DNA of 64,000 nt. It comes from an uncultured Poribacteria bacterium (GTDB lineage Bacteria > Poribacteria > WGA-4E > WGA-3G). This document shows, one piece after another, positions 50,138 through 60,219 of the stretch. The stretch is taken from contig CATQHZ020000001.1 in the NCBI GenBank assembly GCA_958296135.2, positions 3,712,001 to 3,776,000 on the forward strand, written 5' to 3'. The number at the start of each line of letters is the position of its first letter. Within the stretch, counting starts at the first letter, position 1. The notes beneath the pieces are model-generated. The model saw only the letters and a program-made list of their open reading frames with translations. It made no database searches and was not told where the DNA came from. The position numbers and the translations under genes were made by a program.

Positions 50138-51592
50138 TTACGATGCATTCGACAACACCCACGTATCCTTACTCCCGCCGCCCTGCGAAGAGTTCACGAC
50201 GAGTGAGCCCTTCTTAAGCGCGACGCGCGTCAATCCACCAGGGAGGACATAAATCTCCTCGCCATAGAGGATAAACGGCCGCAAGTCAACGTGTCTGCCT
50301 TGAAAGTGCCACTTGGCATTGTCATCAATCAGCACAGGCACGCGCGAGAGGGCCAGCGTCGGCTGTGCAATGTAGTTGCGCGGATTCGCCTGAATGCGCC
50401 GAGCGAACTCCTCCTGCTCCGCTTTGGTGGAATGCGGGCCAATTAGCATCCCATACCCACCCGACTCGTTAGCGGCTTTGATAACGAGCTCATCCAGATG
50501 CTCCAGCACGTACTTCCGGTCGGAATCCTCCCAACACATATACGTTGGGACGTTCGGCACGATAATCTCTTCGCCGAGGTAATACTTGATAATCTTCGGC
50601 ACAAACGCGCACACCACCTTATCATCGGCAACGCAAGTGCCAGGAGCATTGACAAGCGCGATGCGCCCAGCTTGGTAAACCTCCATCAGCCCCGGCACAC
50701 CTAGCATCGATTCTGACTGGAACACTTTCGGATCCAAGAAATCATCGTTAATCCGGCGATAGAGGACATCAACGCGCTCAAACCCCTTCGTCGTCCGCAT
50801 GTGCAGAAACCCGTCAAGCACAACCAGATCGCGGCCCTCCACCAATTCCACCCCCATCTGCTGCGCGAGGAAGGAATGCTCAAAATAGGCAGAATTGTAG
50901 ACACCCGGCGTAAGGACAGCAACCTTCGGCGCGCTGATCTTGTCGTTTGCAAGGTATTGGAGCATGTTCAGCAAACGGCTCGGATAATCTTCCACTGGCT
51001 CAATCCGCGACATCCCAAACAGCTGCGGAAACGTCCGCTTCATCAGGTTCCGATTCTCCAACACGTAGGAGACTCCCGATGGACACCCGAGGTTGTCCTC
51101 CAACACATAATACTGGCCATCGCTGTCGCGCACCAAGTCTGTCCCGGTGATATGGCACCAGATGCGGCGCGGCGGGTTCAAACCGATGCACGGCTCAAGA
51201 TACCGGTCGGACGAAAGCACGACATCCGCCGGCACCACGCCATCCTTGAGAATCTTCTGTTCGTGGTAGACATCATCAATGAACAGATTCAAGGCGTGAA
51301 TACGCTGCTTAAGCCCGCGTTCTATCCACGCCCATTCGCTCGCGGCGATGATGCGCGGGATGAGGTCGAAGGGAAAAATCTTCTCAACGCCTTGTTCATC
51401 GGCATAGACGTTGAACGTAATGCCCATTTGCAGCAGCGCACGTTCGGCCGCAATCTGCCGACGCAGCAGTTCTCCAACTGGCAGCCGGTCGATATTTTCT
51501 ACCAACATCTGCGCGGCCGGGCGCGGGCTACCATCCGGTGCAAACATCTCATCAAAAAAATCGTCCGTGGAATATCCATCAAATATTGACAT
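50138..51592 (-). CDS. Circularly permuted type-2 ATP-grasp protein
   Basis: EDNLGCPSGVSY, SAYFEHSFLA, HVDLRPF, VVNSSQGGGSKDTWV. Confidence 0.94.
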   Translation of the reverse strand: MSIFDGYSTDDFFDEMFAPDGSPRPAAQMLVENIDRLPVGELLRRQIAAERALLQMGITFNVYADEQGVEKIFPFDLIPRIIAASEWAWIERGLKQRIHALNLFIDDVYHEQKILKDGVVPADVVLSSDRYLEPCIGLNPPRRIWCHITGTDLVRDSDGQYYVLEDNLGCPSGVSYVLENRNLMKRTFPQLFGMSRIEPVEDYPSRLLNMLQYLANDKISAPKVAVLTPGVYNSAYFEHSFLAQQMGVELVEGRDLVVLDGFLHMRTTKGFERVDVLYRRINDDFLDPKVFQSESMLGVPGLMEVYQAGRIALVNAPGTCVADDKVVCAFVPKIIKYYLGEEIIVPNVPTYMCWEDSDRKYVLEHLDELVIKAANESGGYGMLIGPHSTKAEQEEFARRIQANPRNYIAQPTLALSRVPVLIDDNAKWHFQGRHVDLRPFILYGEEIYVLPGGLTRVALKKGSLVVNSSQGGGSKDTWVLSNAS

Positions 51593-51735
51593 TGCAATCT
51601 GCTCTCTTTCAGGCCGCCGGGCTACCGTAGGGCGCGGGCCCGGCAATCGCGAATCGCCGAGGGTTCCCCTCGCCATGCATCGTTCGTCCTAGGGCGGCAC
51701 CACTTGTGTTAATTTACCATATCTTTCCACAAATG

Positions 51736-52491
51736 TCAAATTTTGGAAGGACGATCTGGCGGCTGGGGCTGCGACTCAAACCCATAAATCCGACGCATTA
51801 CCGGTGTAGCGCGGGCAACTACCGCCGGCTCCAAATAATGCACGAAATCAAACATCGGTTTGATAAAGGAACGGCAACAGAAACAAATCAACGCAATCCG
51901 CGCCCGTCCGGTCTTATTCGCACCCGCAGAATGCCAGACTGCGCCGTTAAACAGAAATACCGAACCCTTCGGTGCAGACAGCCGCACCTCATCGGGATGA
52001 TGCGTCGTGCCAGGCGGCGGCTTCACCCCTCGCCGATGAATGCCCGGCACATACCGCGTGCCGCCGTTTTCCGGCGTAAAATCGTCCAGCAACCACAGGC
52101 TATTCGCCACGACAGGAAAACTCGGCAGGGGTTCCGGCATCGTGCCGAGCACGCTATCCACATGGTAACCTCCATCCGGCGCACCCGGTTCAATGATGTT
52201 GGAGGTAAGCGTGCTGAGCGTGTAATCCTCGCCGAGCAGGTATTCAAAAAACGGCATCACTTTCGGCCGGGCAACGAGCTGCTCGTAAATCTCACCCTTG
52301 TTCACCAACCACCGAACGTGTTGCCCGTGGTCATCGGTATGCCGGCGCGCGGCGCCAGCCCGCCGCTCCGCCGCTGCGAGGCGCAGCAAATCAGCCCGAT
52401 ACATATCGAGCTCCGCTGGAGCAAGCACATCGGGAATCACGATGCATCCCTGCTCATCCAATTGCCGCTTTTGCGCTTCAGTAATACCCAT
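51736..52491 (-). CDS. Phytanoyl-CoA dioxygenase (PhyH) family Fe/2OG enzyme
   Basis: HVD, LDDFTPENGGT..VPGIH, WHSAGAN..R motifs. Confidence 0.9.
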   Translation of the reverse strand: MGITEAQKRQLDEQGCIVIPDVLAPAELDMYRADLLRLAAAERRAGAARRHTDDHGQHVRWLVNKGEIYEQLVARPKVMPFFEYLLGEDYTLSTLTSNIIEPGAPDGGYHVDSVLGTMPEPLPSFPVVANSLWLLDDFTPENGGTRYVPGIHRRGVKPPPGTTHHPDEVRLSAPKGSVFLFNGAVWHSAGANKTGRARIALICFCCRSFIKPMFDFVHYLEPAVVARATPVMRRIYGFESQPQPPDRPSKI

Positions 52492-52505
52492 TTTGCTTCC
52501 TCCCT

Positions 52506-53723
52506 TTACGCCGCAAAATCCTTCAGACACTCCTCATACACGCGAAACCGTTCGCCTTCTTGCTCTTCCGCATCGACAAGCTTGAGCCACAGCGCGCTAT
52601 CCTTATGCGCACCGCTCAACTGCCGGCGACTGCCGAGATGCGCCGGATCCGGCCCGCTCCATACCACCTCGCCGCCCTGCAAATAGATGAAATTCCCGCG
52701 ATACCGGTCGATCAGCGATTTCTGGTTCTCCAAATAAACCAGCCCCTGCTCACATGTTGTCCGCCGCCAATTCGCAACCGTTTCAGGGCTATCTGTCTCC
52801 ACTGAATCGAACTCCGCCAACGGCGCGGTAACTTCGCTCGTCCAATCAATCTCGTCAAGGTTTACCGTGCCGTATCCGCGACGCGCAGCGATGAGGATAT
52901 GGTTCCGGTCCCGTTTGAAAGGCGGTGTCGGCCAATCCGACCTCGGGTCGTGCCCCATCAGATGCATGCCGATGGTATCGGTTGCAATGGGATGGTCTCC
53001 TGCAATAAGCGCGTTACAGATTCTGCCTTCGCCGCCCCATTCGCGGCCCCACTGCCCCGTCAGCGCGTCAATGATATTGAGGCACGGCTTCGTTATCAAC
53101 GCAAGATCGGGCAGCACATAAGAGAGACGAATCAGGTGGTGATAATAGCTGCGCGTTCTGCCTTCTGGCAGCAACATCGGCGGCAACCCGAACAGATTCT
53201 TGGTGCATAACGTAATGCCCATGAAGGCATGATTTTTCATTTTCGCCACAGAGACGACAGCATCCGCATCGTCAAAACAAGCACTCAGCGTGTAACGATC
53301 GAACATTGAACCGCCGCCGGGGACATCGTAAACCTTAAACGGTGGCAGGTTAGAATCGACAAAATCCACCCCGAATTCTTTGAGGTGATGTTCATAATTA
53401 AAACCGGGCGGCATCCGATGCCCGTGCGTATATGGATTCGTATCCGTAGCCACAATTTGCGCGCGCGTATGCTCCTTCAGCAGCCGAAACACCGCTCGGC
53501 ACACTGCATCGTCCACCAATTCTCTTCGTCGGCCCTCGTAGTAGATAATCCGCTCGTGCGGCTTCATCATATTCAGTTTGATGACAACCTTGTTAGCCGT
53601 TTCAATGGGTTTCCAGGCGCGTGTCAACGGATCGGTAATCCGGCGCAGCGTCTGATAAATTTCTTCTTCTGTCGCCCGATAATCACAATGCGCCGCCCGC
53701 ACCTTAAACTGTTTTTCCATCAT
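52506..53723 (-). CDS. DUF362 domain protein
   Basis: VVIKLN, KMKNH, TLCTKNLFG, IIDAL, DHPIATD motifs. Confidence 0.85.
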   Translation of the reverse strand: MMEKQFKVRAAHCDYRATEEEIYQTLRRITDPLTRAWKPIETANKVVIKLNMMKPHERIIYYEGRRRELVDDAVCRAVFRLLKEHTRAQIVATDTNPYTHGHRMPPGFNYEHHLKEFGVDFVDSNLPPFKVYDVPGGGSMFDRYTLSACFDDADAVVSVAKMKNHAFMGITLCTKNLFGLPPMLLPEGRTRSYYHHLIRLSYVLPDLALITKPCLNIIDALTGQWGREWGGEGRICNALIAGDHPIATDTIGMHLMGHDPRSDWPTPPFKRDRNHILIAARRGYGTVNLDEIDWTSEVTAPLAEFDSVETDSPETVANWRRTTCEQGLVYLENQKSLIDRYRGNFIYLQGGEVVWSGPDPAHLGSRRQLSGAHKDSALWLKLVDAEEQEGERFRVYEECLKDFAA

Positions 53724-53806
53724 ATCCCTCGCCTCACAATCTTGTTTCTTTTAAAATAACATCTTGTCCAAAAATTATCAAGACATTTTTTATCTCCTCC
53801 CACGTT

Positions 53807-53939
53807 AAATCCCCCGCGCACCGTCCCGCGCGGTCCTGTCCCACGCAAACACCTGCAGAAACAAAAAACGCCCGCAGCCCGGAGGCCAGGGCGTTTTTGA
53901 TACAATCGACGCACGGCGCGGCACAGGACCGCGCCCTAC
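53807..53939. repeat. 133-bp REP-containing direct repeat, copy 1
   Basis: Near-identical to 54942-55074. Confidence 0.85.
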
Positions 53940-54000
53940 AGTGAAAAGGGAACGCGGTTTGAGAAATTCTGCATCCCCCGATTTACGGGTGAAAGTGGCG

Positions 54001-54405
54001 TTAAAGTTTCTGCCACTTAAAATGAACCGTCAGTCCAGTTCCATCTGAAGTAGAAAAAGTGAGATAGGTCCCATCCCAAGCATAGGAGGTTGGATCTCCA
54101 TCAAGTGATAAGATCGTTCCATTAGCACTCCAAGAGTAACCTAAGTGGTCAACCTTATCACCTCCATCGAACACGTAATTCATAGACCAGGACCCGCCGC
54201 CGACGTTGAGGTTGAGTTGCCCGAAGAGGTCTGGAGGACGGACAACAATGGAACTTCCATCCACTTCAACCTCTATCTCAGTCGCCGTATACTTTCCGGT
54301 GAGTTCATCCATCGCTTCATCTTCATCGTCTCCGCCGCAGCCGACGAAGGCAATGGCGAACAACGCAACCAGCATTAACGCGAAAACGCGAAAACTATTT
54401 TTCAT
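54001..54405 (-). CDS. Hypothetical lipoprotein (lipocalin-like beta fold)
   Basis: AAAGGAG RBS; MKNSFRVFALMLVALFAIAFVG-C lipobox; acidic linker; ELTGKY. Confidence 0.8.
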   Translation of the reverse strand: MKNSFRVFALMLVALFAIAFVGCGGDDEDEAMDELTGKYTATEIEVEVDGSSIVVRPPDLFGQLNLNVGGGSWSMNYVFDGGDKVDHLGYSWSANGTILSLDGDPTSYAWDGTYLTFSTSDGTGLTVHFKWQKL

Positions 54406-54594
54406 CAAAAATCTCCTTTCTCGCACCATGGCGAGCAGTTAAAGAAGCCAGACGCAAAGGCGCGCTTTGGCAGCGCGCAGACAAGAAACTGCGCCTGTCT
54501 TGTGCAACAGAAATAGCCCGTAACGAGATAGAACTCGTACGGGATTGAAGGCAAAACGACGATGGCTACCGACGTTGCCTTGTGAAAATAATGA

Positions 54595-54738
54595 TTAACG
54601 TATGTTACGGGGGGGGGTAAATCGCCCTAACCGATTGTCAAAACAACCGATGGCCTGTGAGGGTGCGAAGGCGCGACACGATGCACTACAGAGGGGTATC
54701 ACCTTTCCGATGTTACGATGGATATGTGCGTTATGCAT
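54595..54738 (-). other. Candidate leader ORF containing a C9 tract
   Basis: ATG 54738 to TAA 54595, passing through C9 (G9 at 54609-54617); lies between the promoter and the lipoprotein gene. Confidence 0.4.
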
Positions 54739-54814
54739 AGTTGTCGCGCCTTGAGAGATTTCGGATAGCCGCCGTGCCACCCATTTTTCAATAAGAATTA
54801 TACCACAAAAAAGA

Positions 54815-54843
54815 ATTATACCACAAAAATTTCAATTTGTCAA
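54815..54843 (-). promoter_or_regulatory. Consensus sigma70 promoter
   Basis: TTGACA-17 nt-TATAAT with TG extension; the -10 block is duplicated 18 nt downstream. Confidence 0.75.
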
Positions 54844-54941
54844 ATTTTTTTAATAGAAAATCCCAACGCACACCGTAGCGCGAGGGCCCGGCGATCGCGA
54901 ATCGCCGAGGGTTTCCCACGCGAACGTCCGATCTCCAACGA

Positions 54942-55570
54942 AAATCCCCCACGCACCGTCCCGCGAGGACCTGTCCCACGCAAACACCTGCAGAAACAAA
55001 AAACGCCCGCAGCCCGGAGGCCAGGGCGTTTTTGATATTATCAATGCATGGCGCGGCACAGGACCGCGCCCTACGGTTCAACAGCGGTTTTCTGCGCCCG
55101 CAGCCCGAAGACCCGGGCATTGCCTGATATCATCAATGCATGGCGCGGCACAGGACCGCGCCCTACGGTTCAACAGCGGTTTTCTGCGCCCGCAGCCCGA
55201 AGACCCGGGCATTGCCTGATATCATCAATGCATGGCGCGGCACAGGACCGCGCCCTACGGTTCAACAGCGGTTTTCTGCGCCCGCAGCCCGAAGACCCGG
55301 GCGTCTCCTGATACAATCAATGCATGGCGCGGCACAGGACCGCGCCCTACGGTTCAACAGCGGTTTTCTGCGCCCGCAGCCCGGAGACCCGGGCGTTTCC
55401 TGATACAATCGACGCATGGCGAGGGGAACCCTCGGCGATTCGTGATCGCCGGGCCCTCGCCCTACGGTTCACTCCACGCCCTACGGTTCAACGCAATACA
55501 ATCTGGCCAGAAAACGGCTCACCCTGAACTCGCCCTACGGTTCAACAGCGGTTTTCTGCGCCCGCAGCAA
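54942..55570. repeat. Direct-repeat copy 2 plus a 92-bp tandem REP array (about 4 units)
   Basis: Period 92 (55048, 55140, 55232, 55324); each unit is a REP plus the last ~30 nt of the acyl-CoA synthetase gene. Confidence 0.9.
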
Positions 55571-57529
55571 TCGCCGCATCACCTTATTCGATGCAGTCCG
55601 AGGCAAAGCCTCCACTACCACAACCTCATCAATCCGAAACAACGGATTCAGACGCTGACGCAATGCCGCTTGCAACGCTGTGTGAATTTCTGGTATGGAA
55701 ATCGCGCCGAGCGGCACAACATAAATCACCAACCGACTCGGCCCCCCATCCTTCGGCGATACCGCCACCGCCGCCGTTTCCCGAATCCCATCAACGCCGT
55801 TCAGCACCTCCTCAATTTCTGCAGAACTCACCTTAATCCCACTCAAATTCATCGTATCGTCAACGCGCCCATGAATCCGATAATATCCTCTCGCTAGCCG
55901 CTCCAGCGCATCGCCGTGCCGCCGCAGATGCGGCTGAGGCGTTCCGGAAAAATAGACTTCATCATGCGCTGCATTCAGCAAACGCCTTGACAACCCCAGC
56001 GATGGCGGAACAATAAAAACCTCGCCGTTATCCGCAAGATTCCCCTCCTCATCGCAAAGCACAAAATCTAAACCGAGCGCGGCGGTTGTAAACGTCGAAG
56101 GCGCAGCCGGTTGCACGCGCGTACCTGTCACATACGCACCCCCGATTTCTGTCCCACCGCAATATTCAATCACCGGCCGGTAATCAGCCAGCGACATCAA
56201 AAATAGCATCTCCATCGGATTAGAACATTCGCCGGTTGAACTGAAAGCCCGAATCGCGCGCCAATCTAGGCCCTGCATGCAGCCGCTATTTCTCCACGCA
56301 CGCACCAGCGTCGGGACGACACCGAGCATGCTTACCTTCGCGTTCTGCACGAAAATACCGAAATCTCGCCCGGTCGGCACGCCATCGTAAAGGGCAATTG
56401 TGCCCCGATTGATAAGACTCGCATAGATAAGCCAAGGCCCCATCATCCAACCGAGGTTCGTCGGCCACGCGAGAACATCGCCGGGATGAATATCGTGATG
56501 GAGGAAAGCATCCGCCGCGCACTTTATCGGCGTGGTATGCGTCCACGGAATCGCCTTCGGCTCCCCTGTCGTCCCCGACGAAAAGAGGATATTCGTATGC
56601 GCTTCGGGATAACACGGCACCGCCGTAAACGTCTCGCAGGCACTCAGAAAATCCGCCCACGTCAGATCGTTCCTACTCGCGTTTAACTCCGCCGCTGTAT
56701 CCGACAACACAACTGCCCTCGGCGCGTTTGCTGCAACAACCTTCTCATACAACGGCAGCCGTTTCCCACCCCGATCAATAGCATCCTGCGTAAAAACCGC
56801 CTTCGCCTTGCCGATACGAAGCCGCGTCGCAATCTCCGCTGGCGCGAAACTATCGGCAATGGACACTACCGCGCACCCCGCCTTCACAATCCCCAGATAA
56901 ATCGCGACAGATTCCGCATGCATCGGCATATCAACCGCTACTGCATCCCCCGGCTCCAGGCCGAGTGCCACCAGTCCATTTGCAACGCGGTTCGTTAGAC
57001 ATTCCAACTCCTGATAGGTAATGTCTCTCAGCGTCGGATCCGTTTCGCTTCGCGCGATAATCGCAACCGCATCGTCAGGGGCGGTGAAACAACTCGCAAC
57101 GATGTTATAGCGGCTCCCTGTGATGTTCAGGTTTCTACCCGCACTTTCCACCTTGAGGGAAGGGACATGAACCCCCAATGTTTCAATCATCATCTCCCAA
57201 AACGCAGCACGGTTATCCACACTCCACGCATGAAATTCGCGATAGGTCTCTAACTCCAACTTCTCCATCAACTGCGTAATGTTGGCCTGCGCGATATCGG
57301 TTTCAGACGGAAACCAAGCCGGCGGCGTTCCTTGCGTCTCGGCATGCCACGCCGCATACACCCTCTCATACAGCAGTTGATGCACCGCGAACGGATGCCT
57401 CGGCGACAAGATATTGCGTGAAACCTCGCGCCAACACGCCGCCGCCCCCTTTTCCGCCAAAAGCGCGTTCACTGCCTCCACTGCCTCTGCCCCTAATCCA
57501 TAAGCGATGAGTTCTTTCGATGTGAGCAT
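55535..57529 (-). CDS. AMP-binding acyl-CoA synthetase (acetate-CoA ligase-like)
   Basis: ILFSSGTTGEPKAI, YCGGTEIG, GRVDD, LPRTASNKVMRR motifs. Confidence 0.9.
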   Translation of the reverse strand: MLTSKELIAYGLGAEAVEAVNALLAEKGAAACWREVSRNILSPRHPFAVHQLLYERVYAAWHAETQGTPPAWFPSETDIAQANITQLMEKLELETYREFHAWSVDNRAAFWEMMIETLGVHVPSLKVESAGRNLNITGSRYNIVASCFTAPDDAVAIIARSETDPTLRDITYQELECLTNRVANGLVALGLEPGDAVAVDMPMHAESVAIYLGIVKAGCAVVSIADSFAPAEIATRLRIGKAKAVFTQDAIDRGGKRLPLYEKVVAANAPRAVVLSDTAAELNASRNDLTWADFLSACETFTAVPCYPEAHTNILFSSGTTGEPKAIPWTHTTPIKCAADAFLHHDIHPGDVLAWPTNLGWMMGPWLIYASLINRGTIALYDGVPTGRDFGIFVQNAKVSMLGVVPTLVRAWRNSGCMQGLDWRAIRAFSSTGECSNPMEMLFLMSLADYRPVIEYCGGTEIGGAYVTGTRVQPAAPSTFTTAALGLDFVLCDEEGNLADNGEVFIVPPSLGLSRRLLNAAHDEVYFSGTPQPHLRRHGDALERLARGYYRIHGRVDDTMNLSGIKVSSAEIEEVLNGVDGIRETAAVAVSPKDGGPSRLVIYVVPLGAISIPEIHTALQAALRQRLNPLFRIDEVVVVEALPRTASNKVMRRLLRAQKTAVEP

Positions 57530-57616
57530 TTGTCTTGATTGTCAGGGCGGATGTCTCTATCCACCCATCGCCATCCCTTTTCCCGTAGCGCGAGGGAAAC
57601 CTGTGCCTCGCCATCC

Positions 57617-58798
57617 TCACATGCCGCTCGACAATTCCCGCAACCGATTCACAACCGCGACAACTTCCTCAGCCACAATATCTACCTCTTCCGCCGTGTT
57701 ATAGCGCCCCAAACCGAAACGCACCGCCGTCACTGCAAGCGCATCAGGAACTCCCATCGCCGTTAGCACATGCGACGGCTTAACCGACTCCGAATCGCAC
57801 GCCGAACCCGTCGATACCGCCACCCGCTTCAGTCCCGACAACAGCGAATGGCTTTGCACCCCTTCAAAACAGAGATTCAAATTGCCGGGCAGCCGCTTCA
57901 CCGGATGCCCATTGAGATGAATATCCGTCAACCGCGCCCGTAGTTTCTCATACAGCCTATCACGCAACATCCCCGTAGGAGAGCCCTCCCGGTCTCGATA
58001 TCCGCCCACCCCGTCTTGACACAATTCACACGCCGCCCCCAAACCGACAATCCCGGCCACATTCAACGTGCCAGGCCGAACCCCCATCTCCTGTCCGCCG
58101 CCATAAAAAAGCGGATGCAACTGTAGCGGCGGATGTCGTTCATATCCGCCCGCGCGAACATACAGCGCGCCGACTCCCTTCGGTCCATACATCTTATGCG
58201 CTGTCAGCGATGCCAAATCCAGGCCCAATTCATCCATATTCGACAGAAGTTTGCCGATGCCCTGCACTGCATCCGAATGAAACAGCACGCCGTGTTTTTT
58301 CGCGATGGCGGCAATATCAGAGATCGGGTTAATCGTGCCGACTTCGTTATTCGCATACATGAAACTCATCAGCACAGTTTTCGGCGTAATCGCGGCTTCC
58401 ACATCGTCCGGATCGACCATCCCGTATTTATCCACAGGTAGATACGTCGTCTCAAACCCTTCCGCCTCCAGGGCGTGGCAAGTATCCAGCACGGCGTGAT
58501 GCTCCGCGGTGCTTGTGATAATGTGATTTTTCCGCGTATGGGCGGTTGCGATGCCGCTGATGGCAAGGTTATCCGATTCTGTCGCGCCGCTCGTAAAAAT
58601 AATCTCCACAGGCGAACATCCGAGCAGCGTCGCGACTTGGACGCGCGCCTTCTCTACTGCATCCTTCGCTGCTGCGCCAAACGGATGCATGCTAGCGGCA
58701 TTCCCGAAATGCGTTGTCAGATAAGGCATCATCGCTTCCAGCACTTCAGGCGCGACCGGCGTTGTCGCATGGTTGTCCATGTAGATGATGTCTGTCAC
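57617..58798 (-). CDS. iscS: Cysteine desulfurase (IscS/NifS family)
   Basis: YMDNHATTP, TSGATESDN, HSDAVQ, TAHKMYGPKG, STGSAC motifs. Confidence 0.9.
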   Translation of the reverse strand: MTDIIYMDNHATTPVAPEVLEAMMPYLTTHFGNAASMHPFGAAAKDAVEKARVQVATLLGCSPVEIIFTSGATESDNLAISGIATAHTRKNHIITSTAEHHAVLDTCHALEAEGFETTYLPVDKYGMVDPDDVEAAITPKTVLMSFMYANNEVGTINPISDIAAIAKKHGVLFHSDAVQGIGKLLSNMDELGLDLASLTAHKMYGPKGVGALYVRAGGYERHPPLQLHPLFYGGGQEMGVRPGTLNVAGIVGLGAACELCQDGVGGYRDREGSPTGMLRDRLYEKLRARLTDIHLNGHPVKRLPGNLNLCFEGVQSHSLLSGLKRVAVSTGSACDSESVKPSHVLTAMGVPDALAVTAVRFGLGRYNTAEEVDIVAEEVVAVVNRLRELSSGM

Positions 58799-58850
58799 GA
58801 GGGTGTCTCCTTTTTGGTGCGATAATCCGTTTGGAACATAGAGCGGGGGC

Positions 58851-58998
58851 CGTTACGGTCACGCCTACAGAAAACGTGCGTGTGTCGCCTCGCGAAAGCA
58901 CGGTCACGCCTACAGAAAACGTGCGTGTGTCGCCTCGCGAAAGCACGCTACCTTACTTTAACTCTGTCATCTCTGCAGCGAGGCTGCAGAGATGTCCA
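58851..58998 (-). repeat. Dispersed palindromic mini-element inserted in a REP
   Basis: Inverted copy of 43416-43522 with an internal 45-nt duplication; partial copy at 32838-32863. Confidence 0.8.
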
Positions 58999-59107
58999 CT
59001 GTCTCCCGCGTGCGCCGTGGCATGCCGAGGAAAACCCTCGGCGATTCGCTATCGCCGGGCCATCGCCCTGCGGACAGGAAGACAAATTTTTATCGTCGTC
59101 AAACACA

Positions 59108-60145
59108 CTACAACCGCTCGCGGAACATCGCCATCATTCCATCCGGCGGATCGAACGGTAATTCGACTACCGTATTCGTCAATCCGCTATAATAAATCCC
59201 CAACAGCAGATTGAATTCCGCCAGCGATTGCGGCAAATGCGTCGGATGCACCTTGCTCTCATCGTCCAACCACTCAAGCAACGCATCGGTGAGGCCGCCC
59301 TGCGCGATGACATCCTGCGCGCCGTAACTCAGGTCGCCGCCTTCATAACCGCCTACGGGAGTGCTGCGTTCCCAACTCTCAAACCGCCAGTGGACGAACC
59401 CATGTTCGCCGAACACACAGACCCGCTTATGCCGATTGTTGCCGGTATCCGGCAGCACGCGCGGTGCCATCTCCGGCCCGAAGGCGACCGAGGCTTGCAC
59501 GCCGTTCGCATAAGTGACTAACGCTGTCGCATTGGCAGGCGAAGGTTGCGCGCCATCCAACTGCCCTGCCCCCGAAATTTGCCCATGCACTTTCACCGGA
59601 CGCGAGTTATCAATATAAGACGACACCAATTGCAACACGTGCGGTGCCTGATCGACAGGCGGATTCCGCGCGCTCGCCTCTATAAACTTAATCGCGCCGA
59701 TCTGCCCCTCCGCCACATCTCGCTTCAACGCAAGGTTCTGCGGATGGAAATTGAGCTGCGTATTGACAACAAACTTCGTTTTGGTGCGCTGCGAGAGCTC
59801 GGAGATCTGCCGCCAATCCTCACTCTCCACTGCAATCGGTTTCTCGACAATCGCCGCCGGCACCCCGTGCTCGGATGCCTGATGCATCAGCGGGTATCGG
59901 ATACGTTCGTTCGTGCCGCGCAGCACCGGCGCAGTCACGATGTGTAACAGATCCGGCTTTTCCTTGGTGAGCATCTCATCGAGAGCGGTGTATCGGGCAC
60001 TGATGCCAAATTCATCACCGAAATCGTTGAGAAGCTCTTCATTCATATCGCAAATCGCGGCCAGTTTTCCGCGTTTGACGTGTTCGTAAGCGCGGGCGTG
60101 TCCCCTTGCACGCCCCCTGCACCCCAAAATCGCACTTTTATACAT
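59108..60145 (-). CDS. Gfo/Idh/MocA oxidoreductase
   Basis: AILGCRGRARGHA, EKPDLLHIVT, VEKPIA motifs. Confidence 0.85.
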   Translation of the reverse strand: MYKSAILGCRGRARGHARAYEHVKRGKLAAICDMNEELLNDFGDEFGISARYTALDEMLTKEKPDLLHIVTAPVLRGTNERIRYPLMHQASEHGVPAAIVEKPIAVESEDWRQISELSQRTKTKFVVNTQLNFHPQNLALKRDVAEGQIGAIKFIEASARNPPVDQAPHVLQLVSSYIDNSRPVKVHGQISGAGQLDGAQPSPANATALVTYANGVQASVAFGPEMAPRVLPDTGNNRHKRVCVFGEHGFVHWRFESWERSTPVGGYEGGDLSYGAQDVIAQGGLTDALLEWLDDESKVHPTHLPQSLAEFNLLLGIYYSGLTNTVVELPFDPPDGMMAMFRERL

Positions 60146-60219
60146 TCGGTTCCTCCGTATCCACATTCCTAATTTGTGTTGATGATACCACAGAAGCAAT
60201 TTTAAAGCAACAACGCGAA

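Noticed and set aside
51706-52686. 326-aa plus-strand ORF, and similar long antisense ORFs at 26163, 40880 and 6318
   Set aside because: Shadow frames opposite well-supported genes in GC-rich DNA; no recognisable motifs.
55040-55420. 92-bp periodic array as CRISPR or as repeated small ORFs
   Set aside because: The inter-repeat sequences are near-identical to each other; the ORFs are translations of the repeat.
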